A stretch of 54,245 nt of DNA from a virus. Taxonomy: Duplodnaviria > Caudoviricetes. Below the pieces are notes generated by a model. The model worked only from the letters and a program-made list of their open reading frames with translations. It was not told the origin of the DNA and searched no databases. The stretch lies in the IMG/VR virus record IMGVR_UViG_3300048073_000020, positions 1 to 54,245 of that record. One strand, given 5' to 3'. The position numbers and the translations under genes were made by a program. Positions within the stretch are counted from its first letter, which is position 1. Each line of letters begins with the position of its first letter. Positions 37,352 through 46,981 of the stretch are shown in pieces.

Positions 37352-38408
37352 AAAGTTTCACCATGTGGCCGGCCTGCAAGAGCTGCGCGTCGGTCCACGA
37401 GTTTTGCCGGAACGCATCGTAGCGCCCGCCATTCTGGTTGACCATACGGAAACCTGCAGGGGCACCGAGCGGGCACACGAACGCAGCCGGGGGCGCTGCT
37501 GCCGCTGCCGGCGGTGGCGGTGTGGGAACGGCAGCCGCGACCGGTGCGCCCGGAACCGGCGGCATAGCACCGCCCGGCGGGGCGATAAAGCCGGGGTGTG
37601 CCTGCACTGGAACGCCAGCCGGCGGCGGTGGGGCCATACCGACGGGGGCGGCAGCCGGTGGCGGTGGTGGCATCGCTGCAGCGCTCGGCGGCGGCGGTGG
37701 CATCGCACCGGGGGCGGGCGGCAGCCCTGCAGCGGCGGGCATGTTCGCCGTGTTGCCGAGCGGCTGCGCGGTGACACCGGCAGGCAGCGCGGAACGACCG
37801 AAGCCCACGGTGCGCGGATCGGGGCCGGCGATGATTTCCTTACCCGGCGCACGGTAAGCGACCATGTTGTGATTGATAAACATGCCCGGCTTCTGCGTGT
37901 TGCCGTTCGTGTTTATCGAGATAAGCACCTCGACCCAATAGCCGCACTTCACGAGCCCCGGCTGCAAGAGCGGGTTGCCCGATTCGTCGAACACCTTGGT
38001 AGCGAAGCCCGACGAACAACGCACGACCCAATGACCGGGGAACCCTTCGCGGTCGCAGTTGCGCCGCATGTTCGCCTCGGGGTTCGGCGTGGCATCATCG
38101 CCGTCGATGATCTTCCAAGAGAATTTGGGGTGCTTGCACGCGCCGTTCGACGGATCGAACCACGCCGGCCAAGCGGCTTGCGCCAGTGCGTACACTTTCG
38201 CGCCCCATTGCGTCTGCCACCAAATTTGCTCGCCGGCCTTCGGGATCGCGACCGAAAAGAAATAGTTCACGCGGTCTTTGCCGGCATTCTCGCCTGACTT
38301 CACCGTCAGTTTATTGCCCTGCATATCTTCCGTTTGCGGCTCGTACAAGTCGCCTTGCACGAGGCGCGCAACGGGTAAAAGAATCTGATTGTCTACGGCT
38401 GCATTCAT
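37350..38408 (-). CDS. putative ssDNA-binding protein (DUF2815-like core) with Pro/Ala-rich linker
   Basis: Between Cas4-like nuclease and polymerase; WKIIDGD, GFPGHWVV, GMFIN; DDDIPF tail downstream. Confidence 0.65.
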   Translation of the reverse strand: MNAAVDNQILLPVARLVQGDLYEPQTEDMQGNKLTVKSGENAGKDRVNYFFSVAIPKAGEQIWWQTQWGAKVYALAQAAWPAWFDPSNGACKHPKFSWKIIDGDDATPNPEANMRRNCDREGFPGHWVVRCSSGFATKVFDESGNPLLQPGLVKCGYWVEVLISINTNGNTQKPGMFINHNMVAYRAPGKEIIAGPDPRTVGFGRSALPAGVTAQPLGNTANMPAAAGLPPAPGAMPPPPPSAAAMPPPPPAAAPVGMAPPPPAGVPVQAHPGFIAPPGGAMPPVPGAPVAAAVPTPPPPAAAAAPPAAFVCPLGAPAGFRMVNQNGGRYDAFRQNSWTDAQLLQAGHMVKL

Positions 38409-39622
38409 TTGGAAAACACCTTGCGTGCGGTTATGGAATTATCCCGTGCGAGCTTCATCGCACCGGGCGGTCTTGAAGCGTAGGCTTTCATGACTTCGGG
38501 GTCAATGCCTAGCTGTATCGCTTGCGTCGGCGTTACAACGAGGTCTTTCCGTTGCAGCACCTTGCGCAAATTGATGCCGATCAAATCGCCGAGCCCGACG
38601 AGTTCGTCAGCGTTAACATTGTCGAAATACGTCAACTTTGCGCCGCCGGCTTCCATGTGCCAATAAGGCACCGGCTGCCCTGCGCGCAGTAACGCCTCGG
38701 CCTGCGCTTCGAGCCCGGTCTTACGAGCTTCGAGTCGCTTCAAGGCTTCGGACAGCACGACGAGTTCGATGCCCACTGCCAGCGGGGGCAGCTCGGCGCG
38801 CTCGGCGGTTTGCGAGTATTCGACCCACTTCATACTAGAGTTTTGAAGGGCGACGCAGACATGCCGCGCTTCGCAGTCCGAGCAGTGCTTGCCGGGGTGC
38901 GCCTTCGGGGCGAACGATTCGCCGAGCGGCATCAACGCTTGGTCGGCTGCGGTGTTCGCATCTATCAGGATGTTTCTAAGCGCGATTGCCTTCGTGCGCC
39001 AGTATCTGACCTGCCCCTCGCGGTGGTAGCAACGCGGCTGCACGAGAATGAGTTCGATATATAGATCGTCGTCAATGTCGAGCAATCCGAGTTTTTCCAT
39101 TACGCCGGCCGCGTAGGATGAAAGCTGCGGGTTCTCGAACACCTCGACGTAGCGGTGCCCGTACTTGTAGTCGCCCACACGCACGAGCTTGATACGGCCC
39201 TCGTTGAAGCGACCCTCGGGCAATCCTGGCGGGCAGACTTGATACGCTTGCCGAGCGTCTTCGAAGTATCGCCAGCCGTCAGGGGTGCCCGCGCATTCGT
39301 CGTTGACGCGCGTAATGGGCATCGTTTCCTCGATATGCATCTCGGGGTCGGGTGCGTTCATCGCGCGGCAATACATCATCGCCCCGGCGTGCATGTCCGC
39401 GTCTACGGTCCATTCCTCGCCCTCGCTGACGAATTTCGCGTTGACGGGCAGCTCGTGGGCGAAGCCGGCAAGGTATCGACGTGCGACCCAATGGGCCGCC
39501 GTGCCCTCGCGTTTCTCGGGTGTCTGCGGTAGTGGCGGCACCGACTCTTGTAACTGCAGGCTTGCGTTACAAGCAATCGTGAGTGCGAGCGATGATGGTC
39601 TAACCCTTACGGGGCTTATCAT
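38405..39622 (-). CDS. Cas4-like PD-(D/E)xK exonuclease (DUF2800-like); start may be 39652
   Basis: REGTAAH, GTPD, GDYKYG, NPQLSSYA, VQPR, PGKHCSDCEAR..C. Confidence 0.8.
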   Translation of the reverse strand: MISPVRVRPSSLALTIACNASLQLQESVPPLPQTPEKREGTAAHWVARRYLAGFAHELPVNAKFVSEGEEWTVDADMHAGAMMYCRAMNAPDPEMHIEETMPITRVNDECAGTPDGWRYFEDARQAYQVCPPGLPEGRFNEGRIKLVRVGDYKYGHRYVEVFENPQLSSYAAGVMEKLGLLDIDDDLYIELILVQPRCYHREGQVRYWRTKAIALRNILIDANTAADQALMPLGESFAPKAHPGKHCSDCEARHVCVALQNSSMKWVEYSQTAERAELPPLAVGIELVVLSEALKRLEARKTGLEAQAEALLRAGQPVPYWHMEAGGAKLTYFDNVNADELVGLGDLIGINLRKVLQRKDLVVTPTQAIQLGIDPEVMKAYASRPPGAMKLARDNSITARKVFSK

Positions 39623-39788
39623 GGTCTGCGGCCTCTTGTTGGTTCTCGCCAAGGCTGACGACCTCGGCAGTTAGTTCGGAAACGAACCGGCCGAAAGCGT
39701 TAAACAAATGATACACGTCGGGTCGCACTTCGATGAAGTAGCTACCGTCGGGCAGTTTGTAACGCTTTCGCCGGTCCATGTGCGTCAC
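39600..39788 (-). CDS. small hypothetical protein
   Basis: GTGA overlap with upstream gene. Confidence 0.45.
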   Translation of the reverse strand: MTHMDRRKRYKLPDGSYFIEVRPDVYHLFNAFGRFVSELTAEVVSLGENQQEAADHDKPRKG

Positions 39789-40807
39789 GCCATTGCGAGG
39801 TGCATGTCGAGTAGATCATTCACCGCGCCGATTAGGTGCGGCATGCTATTCAACAACTGCAGCGACGGTGCGCCGGCTTGTTGAATGTACGCCGTGACCT
39901 GCTCGGGCGTGATCTTCCCCGCGTTGCGCGCTGCTGTGATCTTCGCCACGAGCGAGCGAAAATCTATCGCGGGTGGCACCACGCTCGCGTGTCCGGCGTC
40001 GGGCACCCCCAATACAGGCGCAGGGGGCACGGGCACGGCCGCACTTGGGGCGGGGGGAACTAACACCGGGGGCGGTGGTACAGGTATGGCCCCAACGGCG
40101 GGCGGTGGCGGAACTGGCACATGCTGCCCGGTTCCTTGTGGCTGCACGCCGTCGGGAACGGGAACGCTCGGGACAGGGGGCAAAGGCACGGCACCGGGAA
40201 AGCTCGGGGCCGCCGGCACCTCGACAGCCGGCGCGCTCGACGAACCCGGCGTGCGCATGCGGCCAGCGTTCGCGAGTTCTTGCGTAACGGCAGTCACGAG
40301 GGCGGCGTCGATGCCCTTCTGCAGTTTCCAAGTGCCGTCTTTCTTCGTGCCCTTACCCTTTTGATGGATGCGAGCGTCGAACGGGAAACCCGAACTGTCG
40401 TAGTCGTCAGTAGCCGGGGCACCCGGCGTTGCAGGCGGCGCGGCCGGGACATTCGGCGGCGTCACAGTAACCACCGCTGCGGGCGGTGCCGGCGGCACAA
40501 CCGCAGAAACCGAGGTCGGGTTCGCTGTAGAAGTAGCCGGTGCCGTCGCAGTAGGCGCAGGGGGCACCGGCGTCGGAAAAGCGACAACGTTCGACGGGGC
40601 CGGCGGCGGGGGCGGCGGAATCACGACCGGCACCGGGGGCACTGGCACCTCGGCTTGTGTTCCTGCAGGAACATCGGCGAAGGGTGTGCCGCCAGTGTAG
40701 GCCGGAAGACCGCCGGCTCGTTTCAGCGCGGCATGCTGCGACAAGAACTGCGCGGCGAGGTCCAACGCCTCGGGCGGCTCTTGGGTTATATCGATCATTA
40801 GTTGCAC
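39785..40807 (-). CDS. Pro/Ala/Val-rich protein with central DSSGFPFDARIH..DGTWK domain
   Basis: GTG 40807 after RBS AGAGGT; the longer ORF-track start overlaps the opposite-strand gene. Confidence 0.75.
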   Translation of the reverse strand: MQLMIDITQEPPEALDLAAQFLSQHAALKRAGGLPAYTGGTPFADVPAGTQAEVPVPPVPVVIPPPPPPAPSNVVAFPTPVPPAPTATAPATSTANPTSVSAVVPPAPPAAVVTVTPPNVPAAPPATPGAPATDDYDSSGFPFDARIHQKGKGTKKDGTWKLQKGIDAALVTAVTQELANAGRMRTPGSSSAPAVEVPAAPSFPGAVPLPPVPSVPVPDGVQPQGTGQHVPVPPPPAVGAIPVPPPPVLVPPAPSAAVPVPPAPVLGVPDAGHASVVPPAIDFRSLVAKITAARNAGKITPEQVTAYIQQAGAPSLQLLNSMPHLIGAVNDLLDMHLAMA

Positions 40808-40835
40808 GGGTGTTACCTCTTTAGTGTGCGGGTGT

Positions 40836-40880
40836 ATTGACGGCTGCGTCAGTCTGCACGACACTGACGGCCCCGTCAAC
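40836..40880. promoter_or_regulatory. overlapping divergent promoters built from two operator palindromes (40836-53, 40863-80)
   Basis: Plus: TTGACG(40837)-17-GACACT(40860); minus: TTGACG(40879)-17-CAGACT(40856). Confidence 0.7.
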
Positions 40881-40894
40881 TTCAAGGGCTCAAC

Positions 40895-41779
40895 ATGGCA
40901 AAGCAAGCTTACACATCGCAGCGCTTCACGAGTAAAAGCGAAGCGCTCGTCGATATCATGAACGCAATCATTGGCGAATACATCGAGCAGGGTTTTCGGC
41001 TCACAGTTCGGCAGCTCTACTATCAACTCGTAGCGCGTGACGTGATCCCCAACAACGAGCGCAGCTACAAGAACACGACCGACTTAGTAAATAACGCACG
41101 GCTTGCGGGCTTGATGGATTGGGACGCAATCGAAGATCGCACCCGCGCGTTCGTGCGCCGCAACCGTTACGACTCGGGGAAACAGATTCTACAGATTGCC
41201 GCGCGCGGGTTCCACATGGATATGTGGGACAACCAAGAGTGCCGGCCGTTTGTCATCATCGAAAAGGAAGCGCTCGTAGGCGTGCTCGAATCGACCTGCT
41301 ACAACCTCGACGTGCCGCTGCTCGCTGCTCGCGGCTACCCGAGCGCCAGCGTGTTGCGCGAGTTCGCGGTCGAAGACTTGTTGCCGGTCATGCACTCGCA
41401 AACCGTCGTGGTGATTCACCTCGGCGACCATGACCCAAGCGGCCTCGATATGACGCGCGACCTGCGAGAACGCATCGAGTTATTCTGCGAGGGCTCGGCT
41501 ATCGAACTCGTCAGGGTCGCCCTGAACATGGATCAAATCAAGCAGCGCAAGCCGCCGCCGAATCCGGCGAAGACCACCGACAGCCGCTTCGCGGAGTATC
41601 AGCGCAACTATGGCGAGGAATCGTGGGAACTCGACGCGCTGCCCCCGTCATACCTCGCCGAGCTTGTAGAAAACGAAGTCGCAAAGTATCGTGATTCGGA
41701 TCGGTGGGGCGAACGGGCCGCCGAGGTCGAAGGCATCCGCACCAAACTAACTAAGATTGCCGAAAGGTTCCGCGACTAA
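40895..41779 (+). CDS. TopoVI-A/Spo11-like Toprim protein
   Basis: LTVRQLYYQL, IEKEAL, HLGDHDPSG, WELDAL. Confidence 0.7.
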   Translation: MAKQAYTSQRFTSKSEALVDIMNAIIGEYIEQGFRLTVRQLYYQLVARDVIPNNERSYKNTTDLVNNARLAGLMDWDAIEDRTRAFVRRNRYDSGKQILQIAARGFHMDMWDNQECRPFVIIEKEALVGVLESTCYNLDVPLLAARGYPSASVLREFAVEDLLPVMHSQTVVVIHLGDHDPSGLDMTRDLRERIELFCEGSAIELVRVALNMDQIKQRKPPPNPAKTTDSRFAEYQRNYGEESWELDALPPSYLAELVENEVAKYRDSDRWGERAAEVEGIRTKLTKIAERFRD

Positions 41780-43530
41780 TGCTTCGAGATTTCCAGCAAA
41801 CCGCCAAGGCTGAAATATACAGCGCTTGGCAAGAGCCCAACGTCTACAACGTCATGCCCGTGATGCCCACGGGTTCGGGCAAGACGGTGTTATTCTGCGA
41901 CATTATTCGAGACTTCGATGCGCCCGCGTGTGCCATCGCGCACCGGCAAGAACTCGTCGGGCAGGCAGCGCTCGCACTCAACCGCGAGCACGTCGAGCAT
42001 TCAATCGTAGCGCCGAAGAAAGTCGTGCAGCAGATAATAAAGCTGCAGCACAAGTTACAAGGGCATAGCAGCTACAACTCTCGGTCGCGCATCCGTGTCG
42101 CTGGCGTCGATACGATCATCAAGCACGACACCGCCGACCGATGGTATTCGCAAGTCGGCCTCGTGGTGCAGGACGAAGGGCACCACGTTCTAAGCGAGAA
42201 CAAATGGGGCCGCGCGCAGTTGATGTTTCCGAACGCGCGCGGATTGTTTCCTACGGCGCACGCCGTTCGCGCTGACGGCAAAGGGCTCGGCCGTGAGGCT
42301 GACGGGCTCGTCGATAAGCTTGTAATCGGCCCCCATGCTCGCGAGCTTATCAACCGAGGCTTTCTAACCGACTACCGCATCATTTGCGTCGGCAGCGACA
42401 TTGCCTTCGACGAAGTGCCCGTCGGCCCCTCGGGCGAGTTCAACATGCCGAAGCTGCGAGCGGCGACGCACGCGTCAAGCCAAATCGTCGGCGATGTTGT
42501 TAAAACGTATCTCAAGTTCGCCGCCGGCAAGCTCGGCGTAACGTTCGCAGTCGATATCGAGGAAGCGACCAAGCTGCGCAGGGCGTACCAAGATGCCGGC
42601 GTGCCCGCTGAAATCATCACGGCCGATACGCCTATCGAGGTGCGCGGCCCGCTAATGGAAAAATTCCGAGCGCGGCAAATTCTGCAGCTCGTCTCGGTAG
42701 ACTGTCTCGGCGAAGGCGTGGACGTGCCCGCTATCGAAGTCGTCAGCATGGCGCGCAAGACTGCATCCTGGCAGCTCATGTGCCAGCAATTCGGCCGAGC
42801 GCTGCGTGTGATGGTTGACGAGTCTTATTGGAAGTATTGGGACTACTACACCGACGACGAGCGCAAGCGCATCATCGCGGCGAGCACGAAGCCGAAGGCG
42901 ATTATTATCGATCATGTCGGCAACATCATTTGGCACGCGAAGTTTCGCGGGCTGCCCGACTCGCTGCAGGAATATACAACTGCTCGACGCCCCACGGGCG
43001 CAGGCCGAGGCAAGAGTGATGCTATACCGCTGCGCGTGTGCGTCGATGGTGTGGACGTGAACGGGGTTCCTAAAGCGGGTTGCTTTCAACCTTACGAGGC
43101 GTTCTACCTCGCTTGCCCACACTGCGGCGTTATCCCCGTGCCTGCCGGTCGCGCCAGTCTCGAAGCCGTTGACGGCGACCTCGTGGAACTCGACCCTGCG
43201 TTGCTGGCTGCGCTGCGCGGTGAAGTAGATCGCGTTAACGGGCCGCTCGTGGTGCCCTACGGTGCCGACGCTGGCATGCGCAAGGGCATGATACGAAACC
43301 ATCACGACCGCTACCGGCAGCAGCAAAGCCTACAGCGCTTTATGCAAGTGTGGGGCGGCTGGCAGTTCGAGCGCGGGCTTAACTACCGCGAGGCGCAGAA
43401 ACTATTCTTTTTCCGATTCGGTGTTGACTACATGACCGCGCAGACACTCGGCACTGCAGATGCAGCAGCGCTCGAAACACGAATCGCGGCAGACCTAAAC
43501 AAGCACGGCGTATACGAGGTTACAGCATGA
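41779..43530 (+). CDS. SF2 DExH helicase
   Basis: PTGSGKT, DEGHH, GEGVDVP, QQFGRALR, C-terminal Cys cluster. Confidence 0.88.
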   Translation: MLRDFQQTAKAEIYSAWQEPNVYNVMPVMPTGSGKTVLFCDIIRDFDAPACAIAHRQELVGQAALALNREHVEHSIVAPKKVVQQIIKLQHKLQGHSSYNSRSRIRVAGVDTIIKHDTADRWYSQVGLVVQDEGHHVLSENKWGRAQLMFPNARGLFPTAHAVRADGKGLGREADGLVDKLVIGPHARELINRGFLTDYRIICVGSDIAFDEVPVGPSGEFNMPKLRAATHASSQIVGDVVKTYLKFAAGKLGVTFAVDIEEATKLRRAYQDAGVPAEIITADTPIEVRGPLMEKFRARQILQLVSVDCLGEGVDVPAIEVVSMARKTASWQLMCQQFGRALRVMVDESYWKYWDYYTDDERKRIIAASTKPKAIIIDHVGNIIWHAKFRGLPDSLQEYTTARRPTGAGRGKSDAIPLRVCVDGVDVNGVPKAGCFQPYEAFYLACPHCGVIPVPAGRASLEAVDGDLVELDPALLAALRGEVDRVNGPLVVPYGADAGMRKGMIRNHHDRYRQQQSLQRFMQVWGGWQFERGLNYREAQKLFFFRFGVDYMTAQTLGTADAAALETRIAADLNKHGVYEVTA

Positions 43531-44021
43531 TCGATACACAACTCTTGACCCTTGAAGCGTGGGCCGCGAAGTGGGGCGTGCCCGCTGCCGCCCTCGTCGA
43601 TTTGGCGCACTCGGTCATTTACACCCCCGAGGCTGACGAGCCGAGCAGCGCGAGCGAGGCGCGTGTGCAAAGCGAAGTTCGACTCGAAGCCCCACACCAC
43701 GGGGTTTACCTGTTTCGCAATAACGTCGGAGCGGGTAAGCTCGCATCCGGTAATTTCGTTCGGTTCGGCCTCGGCAACGATACGGCCAAACTAAACGAGG
43801 CATTGAAGTCGGGCGACTTAATAGGGATTCGCAAGCGCCAAATCGTGCAAGCCGATGTGGGCCGCTACATCGGGCAGTTCTACTCCCGCGAGATTAAACG
43901 CCGGGATTGGCGCTACAGCGGCACGATGGAAGAAAACGCGCAGCTACGTTGGGCAACGCTTGTCAATGCCCAAGGCGGCGACGCGAAGATCGTCACCGGC
44001 AAAGGTTCGTTCACTGATTAA
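43527..44021 (+). CDS. VRR-NUC-like nuclease
   Basis: SEARVQ, FRNNVG, SGDLIG, REIKR. Confidence 0.75.
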   Translation: MIDTQLLTLEAWAAKWGVPAAALVDLAHSVIYTPEADEPSSASEARVQSEVRLEAPHHGVYLFRNNVGAGKLASGNFVRFGLGNDTAKLNEALKSGDLIGIRKRQIVQADVGRYIGQFYSREIKRRDWRYSGTMEENAQLRWATLVNAQGGDAKIVTGKGSFTD

Positions 44022-44061
44022 CTTGACCTACCATCGAGCACCGCAATAGGATCGCCAGACC

Positions 44062-44379
44062 ATGAGCACAAAATCGAAAACGCCTCGCGCCACTTCCAAG
44101 CCTGCCATTCTTGCCGCTGCCGTCAGTCTGGCGAAGAAACACGGGCTGCGGAATTTCTCGCGTGAACAAGTAGCCAAGGCCGCCCGCATGGCCGAGGCAA
44201 CCGTATCGTTTCACTTCGAGAACATGGACAACTTACGCAAAGCCGTCGTGAAGGCTGCGATAGACGACGAAGTGCTGCCGATTCTGGCAGACGCTCGCGC
44301 CGACCGCGCATCGGCTTCGCTCTACACGGGGATGCCCGCCGACCTGAAAAAGCGAGTAGCTGCGTACATCGCAGCGTAA
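44062..44379 (+). CDS. TetR-family HTH regulator (short)
   Basis: AILAAAVSLAKKHGLRNFSREQVAKAARMAEATVSFHFENMDNL. Confidence 0.8.
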   Translation: MSTKSKTPRATSKPAILAAAVSLAKKHGLRNFSREQVAKAARMAEATVSFHFENMDNLRKAVVKAAIDDEVLPILADARADRASASLYTGMPADLKKRVAAYIAA

Positions 44380-44396
44380 CGTTCCCCCATAAACGG

Positions 44397-44434
44397 AAAA
44401 GCCGCCCCCACGCTGCTAGACGATAGGGGCGGCT
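44397..44434. terminator. GC hairpin preceded by an A-tract; possible terminator for minus-strand transcripts
   Basis: AAAA-GCCGCCCC...GGGGCGGC-T. Confidence 0.35.
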
Positions 44435-44455
44435 AAAGAGTGACACCGCACGCAC

Positions 44456-46981
44456 ATGGCGGAAGTTAACCCATTGCTTCGGGACATGCAAGGCGTGCGC
44501 GCCTTCATCGTCTACCGGCTATTGCCGCAGGCCGACGGCAGCCTCGACAAAGTTCCTATTTGCCCGTACTCCCGCACCGATGCCTCGGGCCGCTATCACC
44601 CGCCGGGCTCGGCATGTGATCCGCACGACCCCGCCCAATGGATGCCGCCCGACGAGGCCGTCATGTGGGCCGAGCAAATGGGCAGCGGCGTCGGCGTTGG
44701 CGTGGTGATATCCGAATCGATAACCCTGCCCAATGGTTCCAAACTTTTTTGCCTCGACATAGACAAGTGCCGCGACGGCGAGCGTTGGCTGCCACACGCG
44801 GCAGCATTCTGCGCTCGTTTCCCTGGCGCGCTCGTCGAGTGCTCGGTCAGCGGCAACGGCCTGCACGTCTTCGGCTGCTACACCGGCGAGCGACCCGAGC
44901 ACGGCGTCAAGAACAAGGTTTATAAAATCGAGCTGTACACCCGTTTGCGCTTCATCGCGATAACGGGCTACGGCGCGCACGGTTCCGCGCTCGTTGACCA
45001 CACCCGAGCGCTGCACGCATTGGCCGGCGAGTTCTTCCCGCCGCGCGACGAGGTAGAGTACGGCGACACGTTGACCGAGGTGCCGGTGCCGGAATGGATC
45101 GGCCCGGCAGACGACGACGAGCTGCTACGCCGCGCGATGCGGTCGCACTCGGCCGGCACGGTGTTCGCGGGCAAGGCTGCGTTCGCTGATTTGTTTCAGG
45201 GCAACGCCGCGACATTATCTAGGGTGTTTCCCGCGTTCAAAAATACGCCGTGGGATTATTCGGGGGCCGACCAAGCGCTCGCGAATCACCTCGCGTTTTG
45301 GACGGGCAACGATGGCAAGCGTATCGAGCGCTTGATGCGTCGCTCGGCGCTCGTGCGCGAGAAGTGGGACGACCGCCCCGGCTATCTCGTCGGCACCATC
45401 AACCGGGCTTGCGGCTCGCAAAAGCAGTGGTATAAAGACCCTCGGGGCGTGGTCGCTTCGACGACGCAACAACCCCCGACGGTCGAGACAGCGCTACCAC
45501 AATTCGCAGCCGGCGCAGCCGTAGCGACCGATATGACCGTCGGGGTTTCCTTTCCGATCCCACCCGCGCCGGGGCAAGCACTAACTACGCCGTCAGTTCC
45601 GCCCGCGCCTCTCACAATCGACGGTGGCCTACAGCAGCGTCCGCCGGTCGGCGACTATCTCACGCTCGCGCAGCAGCTCTACCTCTTCAACGGTTGCGTG
45701 TATGTGCAAGACGTTCACCAAGTGATGTTGCCGCAGGGCTATCTACTCTCGTCGGAACGTTTCGACGCCGAGTTCTCGGGCTACTCGTTTGCTGTGACTG
45801 CCGACGGCCAGACGCCCGCCAAAAAAGCTTGGGACGCTTTCATACATTCGCAGGTCTATAACTTCCCCAAGGTAAAGGGCGCGTTCTTCGATCCGCGTCG
45901 CCCGGCGCGCGAGGTCATGGTGCGCGACGGGTGGACGTACATCAACTCGTGGGTGCCTATCGAAATCCCACGGGTGCAGGGTGACGTTACGCCGTACCTG
46001 CAGCACTTGAAACGTATCCTGCCGCTCGGCAACGATGCAGAAATCTTGCTCGCCTACTTCGCGGCCGTGGTGCAGTTCCCCGGTTACAAGTTTCAATGGT
46101 GGCCGCTTATCCAAGGCGTCGAGGGCAACGGTAAGACCATCCTGTCGGACCTGCTCGAATCGGCAGTCGGCGCTCGTTACACGCATTGGCCGAAGGCGTC
46201 GGAAATCGGCAGCAAGTTCAATACGCCGTTCTACGGCAAAATTCTCGTGCTCGTCGAAGACGTGAAGATCAGCGAGGCGCGCGAGTCGTTGTGGGAAACT
46301 CTCAAGCCGATGATAACGGGCCGCCGGCTCGAAATCGAAGCGAAGGGCATCGACAAAGTGATGCGCGAGGTTTGCTTCAACGGCGTATTGAACACGAACC
46401 ACAAGAACGGCATTCGCAAGACGCGCAACGACCGCCGCATCTGCCCGTTCTTCTGCGCGCAGCAGCACGAATCGGACCTCGCGCGCGATGGCATGACCGA
46501 GCAGTATTTCACCGAGCTGCGCGCGTGGATCGATAACGGCGGCCGTGCGATGGTGGCCGAGTTCTTGGCGACCTACCCGATACCCGACGAGTTCAACCCC
46601 ACGACTCGCGCCATTCGCGCACCGAAGACGACAGCGACCGAGGAAGCGATTACCGCCGGCCTTGGCAGTGTCGAGCAGGAAGTGCTCGAAGCAATCGAGC
46701 AGGGCATGACCGGCTTCAAGAACGGGTGGGTGTCATCGACCGCCCTCGACCGGTTGCTCGCGACGCTCGGCAAAGCCACCACGATTCCGCGTAACAAACG
46801 ACGCGACCTGCTCGAATCCCTCGGCTACACCCTGCACCCCGCGCTTCCTGGCGGCCGTGCTGCGGCGGCAGACACCGACGGCACCCGCCCGCTGCTGTAC
46901 ATCAAGCCGGGCACGCCGGGGTTCGAGAACACCGACCCGGCGCACATCATGGGGTGGTATCAGCATGCGCAGCGTACTTGA
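44456..46981 (+). CDS. primase-polymerase/helicase (NrS-1-like prim-pol plus C-terminal P-loop helicase)
   Basis: LDIDKC, ECSVSGNGLH, DYSGADQALANHLAFWTG, QGVEGNGKT. Confidence 0.85.
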   Translation: MAEVNPLLRDMQGVRAFIVYRLLPQADGSLDKVPICPYSRTDASGRYHPPGSACDPHDPAQWMPPDEAVMWAEQMGSGVGVGVVISESITLPNGSKLFCLDIDKCRDGERWLPHAAAFCARFPGALVECSVSGNGLHVFGCYTGERPEHGVKNKVYKIELYTRLRFIAITGYGAHGSALVDHTRALHALAGEFFPPRDEVEYGDTLTEVPVPEWIGPADDDELLRRAMRSHSAGTVFAGKAAFADLFQGNAATLSRVFPAFKNTPWDYSGADQALANHLAFWTGNDGKRIERLMRRSALVREKWDDRPGYLVGTINRACGSQKQWYKDPRGVVASTTQQPPTVETALPQFAAGAAVATDMTVGVSFPIPPAPGQALTTPSVPPAPLTIDGGLQQRPPVGDYLTLAQQLYLFNGCVYVQDVHQVMLPQGYLLSSERFDAEFSGYSFAVTADGQTPAKKAWDAFIHSQVYNFPKVKGAFFDPRRPAREVMVRDGWTYINSWVPIEIPRVQGDVTPYLQHLKRILPLGNDAEILLAYFAAVVQFPGYKFQWWPLIQGVEGNGKTILSDLLESAVGARYTHWPKASEIGSKFNTPFYGKILVLVEDVKISEARESLWETLKPMITGRRLEIEAKGIDKVMREVCFNGVLNTNHKNGIRKTRNDRRICPFFCAQQHESDLARDGMTEQYFTELRAWIDNGGRAMVAEFLATYPIPDEFNPTTRAIRAPKTTATEEAITAGLGSVEQEVLEAIEQGMTGFKNGWVSSTALDRLLATLGKATTIPRNKRRDLLESLGYTLHPALPGGRAAAADTDGTRPLLYIKPGTPGFENTDPAHIMGWYQHAQRT

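Noticed and set aside
38405-39622. Cas4-like gene as part of a CRISPR-Cas system
   Set aside because: No other cas genes or array; ordinary phage replication-operon nuclease
40808-41026. N-terminal extension of ORF 39785..41026
   Set aside because: Overlaps the divergent promoter and the opposite-strand gene; better RBS at GTG 40807
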